Origin: Lytechinus pictus
Lineage: Eukaryota
Direction of reading: 5' to 3'
Length of the DNA: 64,000 bases
Assembly: GCF_037042905.1 (NCBI RefSeq)
Contig: NC_087250.1
Coordinates: 15,502,001 to 15,566,000 of the forward strand
A model generated the notes under the pieces. It saw nothing but the letters and a program-made list of their open reading frames with translations, did not search any database and was not told the DNA's origin. Position numbers and translations under genes: made by a program. How positions within the stretch are numbered: position 1 is the first letter of the stretch; the number at the start of each line of letters is the position of its first letter. Positions 53,065 through 64,000 of the stretch are shown here, in pieces.

Positions 53065-54309
53065 GTACGTGTGTTATGTTTTAATTTGCTTAGCCTTTAG
53101 CCAAGGTTCTTGGTGCTGTTATGTCCCTTAACACGGCCTATATGGATTCGCCTGAAAGCGTAGATCAATCGTGCAATGAGCGGGGATGAGCGCCGTGGCT
53201 CGGTCTGGCGATCACTGCAATTAGTGCACTCTGCTTTAGTCTATTTTCGAACCATGTTTTGGCATGACAAGCAGAGAACTTGTCCAAAGGCTATATTTTG
53301 CTATTTACTCAGTCAACTGAAGCACTTACAAGTATAATAAGCCAAATGTTAACCCACCATTGCATAGAATTCATATGTGCAACAACTGGGTCCCATGACA
53401 TTCATGCTTTGCCCAATCATCTGTACCAGTATGCTATCAGCCAATCAGAACGATTTTGGTAGTTTTAAACTGTCATAGCAAATTTGATATTATAACAAGA
53501 TTTGTGAAACGGGCCTCAGATATTTGATTTACAGTTTTACCCGTCGGGATAAAATTAATTTGTAATTCAGTAATGAAATATCAAACTTTAAATAATTCAT
53601 TAAAAAATATAGTGAGTAATTTTTCTGTTAAAATGCTATAATCACCACGCAGACGAGTGTTTTTTAAAGCCGATAATCTTTTGCCAATATACTTTTAATA
53701 ACAAAAAACAGCCTTTGTCGAATATCGGTTAATCAAAGTAGCAGTATCGTCCTGTGCCGGCCGCACAAAAACGTTGTTAGCCTAACGGAGCGCTAACAGT
53801 AATCCCACTATCCCAGTCACATCTTTCGGATTGTGAAGTCAAAACATTTATTTCAATGTGTAAGTAATGCATTATTGTAACATTAGGCATCGCCGCAACA
53901 TTACCGATTGTAACATGGCCTCTGTTAGCGCATTGTTAGCTCTAACAACGTTTCTATGCGGTCAGTACTGCATTCTGGACAATCGACATATTTTTAATTT
54001 TTCGTCCAGTACGAATCTTCAGAAAATCTTCTTTCCCTTCCCGGTCTACCAACTTTCGACAAAAACCTCTCAGATGTCCATTGTCATTTGACTTGCATTT
54101 TCAAAGAAATTGATGCGTTGTAGAAAGCGTCTGCGTATTAATTGCGAAAGTATGCTAATACTTAGCAGCAGGTATAATTGGTAAGGCTAGACTAAGAAGG
54201 CACCCAGGTAAAGTTGTACATAAAATGCCTCAAATATTTTATTAATACCATTTCGTGGCTAGATGAGTCAGATCAATACAACTCTCAATATGACCTTGTT
54301 TGCCTTCAG

Positions 54310-54458
54310 CAGTGCCAGACATGCCAGATGGAACTGATATCACTGAAATCCCGCCAGCAACAGCGACATCTGCCTGCCCGAGTGTGAACTGTACAGAATG
54401 CGGTGACTGGAAACTGGCCTTTACTGTCGTAACTGCGCTCCTTTTCCTTCTAATTTAG
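54310..54458 (+). CDS. Stalk + hydrophobic C-terminal exon of the FN3 protein
   Basis: TTCAG(CAG) acceptor; AVPDMPDGTDITEIPPATATSACPSVNCTECGDWKLAFTVVTALLFLLI then TAG; not in the ORF track. Confidence 0.65.
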
Positions 54459-55322
54459 TACTTGTTTTGAGGTAAGTAACACGCATGTTTCATTGGAGGA
54501 ACTCGGACACCCCCGATTAGCTAGCTGCTTCAGTTCTTAGTTTTGGCCTCAGGCGTCTCGTCCTTAAGCCTTGATCTTGAAGCTCTAAAATACGTCCTTG
54601 CCTGATTTTTTAAAGGGGAGCGAACGGAAAAAGAATTGATTATATGTTGTCTCTCATTGATTGAGTGTTAAAGAGAGCTAGGCTTGAAATATACATTTTG
54701 AGATAACTAGAGGATAAATTGGCCGATAGTTTTACACGTGTAGAGAAACGAAGATGGTTTTGAGAGAAAAGGTACCTGTTTTGCTACTTGGTAATGCACT
54801 CATTGTGATTTGAATGTATTGAGTAGTGGTGTGTTTTCCGGGCCTATATCGTAAGACTCAACTTCCCAGAAGGTTCCATAATTGGTAATGAACCTATCCA
54901 GATACGATTTTGATAATTTGAGGTGGCGCTATTAGAAGCTGTTGGTTCGTATGCCCTTTTAATTGATTAGCTTACGCGAAGAGCTGCAACATCAGTAGCA
55001 AAAGTAGGCCTATACTGTTTCTGATAAAAAGTAGGCATGTGAATGAACATGAAAAATGGGCTAAATGCCACTGATGCATTTTCATATTAGTTTATTTATG
55101 ATTAAACATTAGCGAATGCAAAATTTAATACATAATTTAATGAATAAGTGAATGGATATAATTGAATAATACGTGCATGGATCAATTATATCAATGACTT
55201 AAATGCATTCTTTGAATAAAGAAGTTAGTGAATAAAGTGATGTTCAATAGTTGTCATCCACTTTGGAAGCTAAAAGATGTCGATACATATATCATAGATT
55301 ATCATTCGTTTTGTCTTCTCAG

Positions 55323-55524
55323 TTACATCAAATTTAAGCAGTGAATTAAGGATGACCAACGATCTACGGAAATTAACGTTAGCCCGTGCACCGTTGCTAC
55401 CATACAAGCACCACACAACATTTATGCTGAATACAATGATATCGAGAACACTTACGAAGAGGCTGGAACAAAAGGCCATCACATTGGTCTGAAGTGGCGG
55501 AAATCATATAAATGGTTTACCTAA
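55323..55524 (+). pseudogene. Disabled cytoplasmic-tail exon of the FN3 receptor
   Basis: CTTCTCAG acceptor; YIKFKQ*IKDDQRSTEINV...HNIYAEYNDIENTYEEAG...WFT TAA. Confidence 0.5.
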
Positions 55525-55569
55525 GAATGTTTCTATCTTGCTTTCTTTCATTCTTTCTTATACCTGTGT

Positions 55570-58500
55570 AGACATTTTTGGGTAAACACAGAGTATCAAC
55601 TGGAAGGGGAGGGGTGGTTGCTACATTAAGATTAACATATATTATGTAAGATAGGGAGATTTAGAATGTGAGGAGATTGAACTGATGTGGTTAATAATAA
55701 AATGGCACCAAAAGCAGTTCCATTTTTGTTGGAGCATTATATAGAAGACCGCCCAGTGATGTAACATATTTCTTCATTAAACTCGAACAAAATTTTGATT
55801 ATTTATTTTCTATTACAAACAATGTTGCTGTTTTAGGGGATTTTAATTGCAATATGATGACAAGCAACCGTTTATCAAATAAAGTAAACGAGTTTCGTAA
55901 TAAGTTTAATAATTATGCGTCAAATCATAAATTATTATACTCGCATTTCACCCCATAGCAAAAAACGTATTTACTTATTATTGGTTTCAGATACAATACC
56001 CTGTTTAAAATCAGGAGTTCAAACACTAGGAATCAGTGACTATTCTTTGGTCTATCTTGTATTACATGGAAAGGCTTCACTGTTGAAACCTCTTGTAAGC
56101 AAATTATGATTATTCAGAAATTTTGATGAGGAAAAATCCAATGAAAAATTGAATAAATCGATTGGACTGAATCTGAAAATCTTCGGAACAACTTTAAATC
56201 TATCTTTATGAAAGTAAGTGATAAACACGCCCCGTACGTTTCAGTTCGTCGTGAACAAACAGCTGCACCATAGCCTAACGCAGCCACAATGCGTAGTCTT
56301 TGCCAGATCAGACGCATCGCTTGCGTTCAGCATAACAGCAAAGACAATAACTGCAGCCTCCGCCTAGATTATAGGCTAGGTGTACCATGGATCAATGATG
56401 ACTTCATCATGTCAGCTAGACAACGGGATTACTCTATAAACCCAAAACCTTCTATGCTGGGAATTATTTTTAACATTCCTGCAATACAGCAAATATTTTA
56501 TAATCTGAATAAAAGACTAAAAATGAATTTATACCAAAACGAATTGAAGAAATGCGGAACTGATGTTTGCCAAAATTGGCGAATACTAAACATTTTTATC
56601 AATTAAAAAAGAAATAGGAGAAGTGAAGATAGTTAAAGATGACGTATTGATTACAGACGAAAATATTATTTTTGAAATTTGAATATAAGTTATTTAATGA
56701 ATTTGCAACGAACCTAGCACAAGGTATTCAGGTTGCTGCCAAAAAAGTTAATAGTATGAATACGTTGTTCCCAACCGAACGTTTCGTTTTTTAAGAAATA
56801 AAATAAGAGTTTGTACTAGAATAACTGCAAAATATTGATATTTAAAAAAAGGCATCTGGGGTTGATGATCTGCATCTAAAATTGTTGAAAATATATGCTC
56901 TTCATATCGCCAAACTGCTTACAAAATTATTTAATAAGTCGCTCCGAACCTGTCGAATTCCAAAAGAATTCAAGAAAGCGAAAATAACACCAATTCACAA
57001 AGGAGGTACTTTTGAACCAAAGTATTACAGACCAACCGACACTATCTAAAATATTAGAAAAAAAAACAGTCCAGCAACAACTTTATGCTAATCAAAATAA
57101 AAAGACCTTCTATGTGATCGTCAGCAGTGGATTCTGGACTCTTCATTCAACATCTACCTGTTTGACAGAAATAGTTGATTTTATTTTTAATAAAATGAAC
57201 TCTGGTCGAATAATAGGGGTCTGTTCTTAGACCTACAGAAGGCGTTCGATGAAGATTTGATACTTGACAAGATGTATTACTATGGTATAAAAGAATCTGA
57301 ACTACTATGGTTTAAGATGTATTTGACTGAAAGACAACAATGTGTTATAATGAAAGGAGCAACAAGTTCCTTTTTAAATGTGAAAACAGGTGTCCCTCAA
57401 GGGTCCATACTTGGGCCCCTGATTTTTTGTTTATATGTCAACGATTTAGGAACCTTATCCCTATATAAGAACGATACAATTATGTTTGTTTGCAGACGAT
57501 ACTACTCTCTTTAATAGCTAGAATACAATGATTAGCATATTACAAAGAAATTTGCAATACGATCTGGACTTAATTGCGAAATGACTCAATATTGATCGCA
57601 TCTATTTACACCCACAAAAGACTAAAATTTTGATTCTCAGTAATAAACGTAAATACAAAATAAAACAATCACATTAAAATTTGAGAATACAACTTAGGAG
57701 CATGTTGATAATATTAAATACCTAGGAATCATTTTCGACTCTCAATTAAGCTGGTCTTTACATGTACAGTGCATTCCTTGTAAAATATCACGTTCTATTG
57801 CTTGCATAAGAAAAATTAAACATTTGATTAAGAGAAGTCATTTGAGACAGTTATACTTTGTACTAATGTTGTCATATATTGACTATTGTTGTACAGCGTG
57901 GGGAAATTGTTCGAAAAATAATATAACCTGATTACAAAAATTGCAGAATAGATATGCTCGGTTGGTTTTGAATACTGAATAATCAACTTCACAATATTCT
58001 TTGTTAACTACACTTGACTGGCAATCTGTTGAACCGAGGATTAAATACCAACAATACATTCTAGTACTAGTATACAAAATTTGGAATGACTATGCACCAA
58101 AATACTTGAAACCATTATCTGTATTAAACGACCCATGATTGTTTATAATACGAGACATTCCGCCCAAAATCGTTTACATATACCATACCCTAAATCCCCT
58201 CAAAAAATAATTCTCATTCACTGCAAATTCTATATTCAATAAATTACCATTGTCCGTAAAAAGCTCTTAAGTCCCCAAATAACTTCAAAAACTTTGCAAA
58301 ACTTTCACCAACATGCTCTCACTTTACAACTTGGCTCAGTTTGGGAGTTGTCTGGTTTTTAACGGCGCTCTCGTAAAAAAAAAAAAAAGAATATATGCGC
58401 CAATCAAAATTATTCTAACATATCAAAAGATGTTTTGTATTTTATTATTTTCAGTAGATACGGCCTTATATTTTAAGATTTGAGAAGTATAAGGCCGTTG

Positions 58501-58770
58501 ATTGGAGTGAGGGGGAGGGGTAGTATACCACCTGCACTTAATTACGGTTTATCTTTATGTTTTTGTTTATGTTTTCAGTTTTGATTTATGTTATTTACTT
58601 TCGTTTCATTAATGTTCTGTTATCTATTCATTTACCATGTATATAGTCTGCTATTTATTTCATCATGTTTATGTTCTTTCATACGTGGAGGGCTCCATTG
58701 TAAAACAGTTGTTTTAACTGAACCGGGCTACCCTCCACTGTTTTATCGATTATGGTAAATAAAACTTCTT
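55570..58770 (+). mobile_element. Decayed CR1/L2-group LINE ORF2 and 3' UTR
   Basis: Endonuclease remnants GGVATYI and GDFNCN; RT remnant GVPQGSILGPL; many frameshifts; GGAGGGCT...CCCTCC hairpin + AATAAA. Confidence 0.85.
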
Positions 58771-59445
58771 TTTCTCTCTCTTTCTTTAGATACGTGTCCC
58801 TGTACGTTTTGCTACTGTTCAAGACTTTGGAAATAACATACATGTACATAGATCATGAGGAACATTCTGTTCATAGCTACATTAATAACACATTTGCAAA
58901 ATATCAATCTTACACCAGTGTTATGTATACCATATATGTGTATAAATCTGCATAATTTATTATGGTATATAATCAATTTGAATTTTTTAACAGTAACTAG
59001 AAATGATAGGTCTTTAGATCATAGTTAGTTTATGGGCCTGTTTTTCACATTGTAAATCCTAATCATTTTATTTAACGGTAAGAAAGAGTGGTATGAATAA
59101 GGGTTGTTTTAAAACATTTTGTATTTTACCCCCCCCCCCCCTTCATTGTGAAGTTTTTAGATAATGCAATCTAAGCTTTTGTTTTCATTTTCAAGTAAAT
59201 TTTAATGTTATTACTCCCTCCATTTCCATGATTTTAGCCAGACTGTATACGGTGCAAAAGCATTTCTTCGAATATATATCTCTCGCTTTAGACCTTATGC
59301 ATTTACGTCATCAGGCCACCATTATCTTGCACGCGTTGGTGATCTGCATCCGGTGGCGCTTCTCTGACAAATCCGTTTATACGCGTATTTCCTATAGTAT
59401 CCTCCGAGGGAGGGCGCTGTGAGATCATGACATTGTAATATGCAT

Positions 59446-59759
59446 AGGCCCGTATTCTGAAGTCGGGTTTAATTTAAACTCTGGTTTTAAGTTATGGTTT
59501 AACTATGGAAAGCCGTTTCTTACATAAATCTCTAACAGTACAGGTTTAATGTATCAGCTCATTTGACTCCCAAAACATCATTAACTGCCTGGGAAGGATA
59601 AGTATGACAATTGTCTTCACCATTAAATAATTAGTGAAGAGCGCAGTTAACATGAGAAGCATTCACTGTAAAATAAACTTTGAAACGTTTGGCCTCCCAT
59701 AATTTTAGCACAGAGTTAGACCATGGTCTAAGTTAAAACCAACTTCAGAATACGGGCCT
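59446..59759. mobile_element. MITE, GGCCCGTATTCTGAAGT family
   Basis: TIR AGGCCCGTATTCTGAAGT; matches 31934-32244. Confidence 0.75.
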
Positions 59760-59855
59760 TAAGGGTTACTCCCTACCAATCACGTCATCAGGGATCTATG
59801 TAGAGATCCTGTGTCGCACAGTTTATCCACAGAATGTTCACAGTGTGTGTCCACA

Positions 59856-60094
59856 CACAGCAAAAACTGCGGTGTTAACCGGTGTACATAGAGGACCACA
59901 CCAGTGATTTTACACCGGTGTTAAATTGACAGTGTTAGTTTAGCACCTATAGGTGTTATTGCAACACCGTTGGTTGTTACATGTACACTCTTTGGTGTTA
60001 TATTCAATCTCTAGGGTGTAATTTCAACACCAGAGGGTGTGGTCCTCTATTAACACCCACTGGTGTCAGTTTTAACACCACAGTTTTTACAGTG
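59856..60094. mobile_element. CAC(A/T)G MITE (CMC/EnSpm-like)
   Basis: CACAGCAAAAACTG...CAGTTTTTACAGTG; 2-bp TSD CA; GGTGTT subterminal repeats. Confidence 0.75.
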
Positions 60095-60782
60095 CACGGC
60101 ATGGTCGTATAGTAGATTTTGAAGATGCTATCCGTTGAAATGCTATTAGATTTTACAGTGTGGAGAAAGTTCCTTACTGTTGACTCCTCCACATTGTAAA
60201 CATTGTAAATGTTTACAGTGTGTTTACATAGTGACCTCGGTGATTATTAGATTCAGTGTTACCATGGTTACATATGTCTGTCTCTCCGTCTTTGTCCCTC
60301 TTATCCCCTCTCCCTTCCCCCTCTCTCTTTCTCTCTTGCCAGTACTTTACAATATGATGCGTATTTAATTCTTATAGTATTTCCTGAAAAAATCATCTAG
60401 ATGCTGTCTGCACAAAGGCCTAGGTCTCGCTGTGTAGTTGTCTTCTCTCTTTTTGTATTTTATAGATAAGTATATTCTATGTTAATAATCATAAGTATTC
60501 CAGGCCCCACTTACAAGCTTTGCTTTTAAGGGGTCCTAAAACGGGCCTAAAACCAATTCGTCTATATGTTATAATCTAATTGATGTGTGTTTATGTACTA
60601 ATTTACGTTGTATGTATATCTATTTCGATTATGATGTGATGTTTTTGGTTTTAGATAAATAAACTTGAACTTGTTTGTAATTATCCATACTCTGCCATAG
60701 CCCCACTAAATCATCAAAGTGAAAGTTATAAGATATTAATTATTATTAATTAGTAATAAATTTGCAATGGTGTAAAACCTAA

Positions 60783-60983
60783 CACAGTAAAAACGATGTT
60801 TAAAACTGTTATACAACGCTGTTTGCTATGTGAGTATTATAACTCGTGTTTAAAATCTTAAACAATAAAGTTTATTTTTTTCATATTTAATTCTTTATAA
60901 GCAAGGTTGTTTAAAATATTAAAGGACTACTGCATGTGTGGAAAACGAAGTTGTATAAGATTTTAATAAGCGTTTTTACCGTG
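60783..60983. mobile_element. Possible CAC MITE
   Basis: CACAGTAAAAACG...CGTTTTTACCGTG; no matching TSD. Confidence 0.45.
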
Positions 60984-61599
60984 CCTACTATCATTTTAAA
61001 ACAGCGTTTTGATTCTAATCGTAATTCATTTTATTTCACATATTGTAATTATTTCATGTATTTCTAATCTATTTGATTTAATTTTTCCCATGTTTTCTAT
61101 TCAAATGTAATACTTAGCAGAATATTTTTTTTCTAAATGTAATTAGTTGCATGAGATATGTATGTAGTCATTACGACAAAAATAAAACTACCATGTTTAT
61201 CAAGTTTTACTATGTATTTTGGCAAGCTATGAATTCGATAGTGATGTTTTGTTTCAATCTGCTAGACTGTGCGATGTTTTTCATACTTTAATGACGAGTG
61301 AGTGTTTGCCTGTATTTAAATGACATTATAAGAGACTGCCACAAACTTATCAAATGTCAGCAAGACCTGTTTTGTCGCGTCATACCTATAAAGATCATAA
61401 TTATAGACGAATAAAATATCATTTTAAAATTAACTTAATTTTATTCATCTTTGCAAAATATAAACAAAAGCATGTGCTGGAGCTTCAATTTCTGATTATA
61501 ACAAAGCTACCATCACGACTTAGGAGTAAATTGAATACATACACTCCGAAAGTGTAGCCAAGATTTCGAAGGACTTACGCAATATACAATTTAACATGT

Positions 61600-64000
61600 T
61601 ATCCATTTTATTGTTAAACCCATTGTACATATTTGTAATCTGTCCTTTTTATCTGGTAAGGTTCCTATGAATTTCAAAGTAGGAAAAATTATACCCATAT
61701 TTAAGAAAGGGGATCCCCATATATTTTCTAACTATCGCCCTATAACTTTGCTCCCTTGTTTTTCTAAAATATTAGAAAAATGGATTTACAATAGGGTTTT
61801 TAATCATATAAATAAATATAATCTCCTTGATGACTCTCAGTACGGTTTTAGAAAACAATACTCCTGTGCACATGCTTTAATTGACCTTCATGATTACATC
61901 CAAAATAAATTAACAAACAAAGTTCATACATTAGGCTTATTTCTTGATCTATCTAAAGCGTTTGATGTCATCAACCATGATATTCTCCTCTGTAAATTAC
62001 AGTTTTTTGGTATACGTGGTGTACAGTGGTTTAAGAATTATTTGAGTAATCGTTTCCATTTCACATGTTATAATAATTTTGTTTCCAAAATATGAAGAGG
62101 ATCCAGTGTGGAGTCCCACAGGGCTCTTTACTGGGTCCTCTCCTTTTCTTGATCTATATAAATAATCTGAGCTCTTCTTCTTGATACCGTGGACCATGAG
62201 CTGCTTTTAAAGAAATTAACTTGCATTGGTTGTAGTAAGAGGACTATCACTTGGTTCAAATCATATTTATTTGATCGACAACAAGTGACACAATTTAAAG
62301 GAGCCAAATCGCACCCTTCAATCGTCAAATTAGGCGTGCCACAAGGGTCAATTCTAGGTCCCCTTTTATTTTCAATATATGTTAATAGTTTACCTGAATG
62401 TATTCATGAAGGTATTATAGATATGTACGCTGACGACACGACACTTACCGTCAGTGCGAATGATGCGACAGTTTTGGAAGAAAAATTAACTGTTGCATTA
62501 AACAAGGTCATGGCATGGATTAAAGATAATCAGCTCGTCCTCAACACTGAAAAAACTTGTGTCATGATAATAGGTTCTCGTGCTAATCTCAGGAAAATAG
62601 ATTCTTTCACGATTTTGTTAAACGGTGATTTGATAAATAGAGTTCAATTCACCAAATGCTTAGGAGTTTTGATAGATGAAGAACTGAAATGGTCAAAACA
62701 AATAGAAAATGTATGTAAACTTACTCAGAAAAGCATTGGCATAATAAAGAGAGCGAAAAGTTCTTTGCCTGTGCAGTCCTTAAAGTTGCTTTATAACAGT
62801 TTAGTGTTGCCAAGATTTGATTACTGTTCTGCTGTATGGTCGAATAGATTTCAATCCCATACAATTAAGCTGCAAAAAATTCAGAAGAGGGCTGCAAGAA
62901 TTATATTGAACAAGACATACGACACACCGTCGGCTGATTTGTTCACAAGTCTTAAATGGATGACACTAGACAAACGATTTGAGCTCAGTCGCGTTTTGAT
63001 GATATTTAAATGTGTCCACAGTTTAGCACCTTCTTACCTTCAGGTAAACTTAACCAATCCAAATGATGTACATGAACATCATACCAGACAGAGAGACAGT
63101 GGCTATTTACGCGTGCCCAAGTTTCGCACTGATTGTTATAAGTGTAGTCCAATCGTATCTTCAATATTTAAATGGAATAAGCTTGATAATTCAATTAGAA
63201 CATCTCCTTCTGTCATTTCATTTAAGAGAATGTTTAAAAGAACTTGTAATTTATAAATAACTTGCGGAACATCCACTGTTGTGCTTATTTTGTGTTAGCA
63301 TGACCTTGATGATTTGGTGTATATTATCAGTATTTTCAAGATGTCCTTCTTAATTAATTTGATTTATTGATATTTTATTATACGTCAAACGAGTGCCCGT
63401 CTGCGTTTTGTTTGCTGCTAAGTTTGTTAATGTTTCGTTTTACATTCAAATCCTAATGTGAATCTTAATGATGTAACATTCTGTACATACGTTATGCATT
63501 TTGTAAATATGTTTATTGTTATTCAGGGCCTCATGGAAGACCACTCCTTATTGGTGAATGGGCTACCCTGTCAAAATATCAGAAATAAATAAATAAATAA
63601 AATAAAAATCCTTTTTTCGTTTTATACTGTTTGCCGACGATACCAACTTAATTGCATGTCATAAAGATTTCAATAAATTAATATTACAGGTAAATAGAGA
63701 ATTAGAAAATGTTATACAATGGTTTGATGCTAATGAATTAATTATAAACAATGACAAAACGTGTGTATTATATTTTAATAGAAAATCCCACCCATATAAT
63801 TGTAATAATATTAGAATACTTATAAACCATGTTAATTTGAATGTGTGCACTTAAGTTAAATTTTTATGAATAATTCTTGATGATACTCTATCTTTCCAGG
63901 ACCATCGACAATATATTGCAAACAAAATATCTAAAAACATTGGTATCCTCCGTAAATTACGTGTATCCCTACCTCAAAATGTATTATTTATGTTGTATAA
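61600..64000 (+). mobile_element. Decayed CR1/L2-group LINE RT fragment, split by a younger LINE
   Basis: NYRPITLLPCFSKILE, QYGFR, FLDLSKAFD before ~62179; resumes with ILFADDTNL after ~63609; runs off the window. Confidence 0.8.
62180..63608 (+). mobile_element. 5'-truncated younger CR1/L2-group LINE
   Basis: Open frame to 63256 with GVPQGSILGPLLF and YADD; CAGGG...CCCTG hairpin; (AAAT)n tail. Confidence 0.88.

Noticed and set aside
62189..63256. Host reverse transcriptase gene or retron-like system
   Set aside because: 5'-truncated LINE ORF2 with a typical tail

Overview
Eukaryotic, AT-rich, intron-containing animal DNA, most likely a sea urchin (inferred from a sperm-type H2B relic with an AAGAAAGA downstream element). 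Two spliced + strand genes can be built by hand. (1) An intact 4-exon clan-2-like cytochrome P450 (15613-25701, 515 aa). (2) A signal-peptide + 8xFN3 cell-surface protein (33677-54458, ~944 aa) expanded by tandem exon duplication; its transmembrane exon seems frameshifted and its tyrosine-motif cytoplasmic exon carries an in-frame stop. The rest is mostly nested mobile DNA: two ~5 kb CCCAG...CTGGG elements with 2-bp TSDs (one inside a P450 intron), a third CCCAG element carrying a decayed sperm H2B gene with promoter and 3' signals, a Transib-like element with perfect RSS heptamer ends and a 5-bp TSD, an Academ-like foldback, many MITEs, a tRNA-SINE and CR1/L2-group LINE remnants. The most unusual item is a ~184-bp SINE-like insert whose head is a 7SL (SRP) RNA Alu domain. 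All coordinates and alignments were done by eye; family names are inferred from termini and TSDs, not from database searches.
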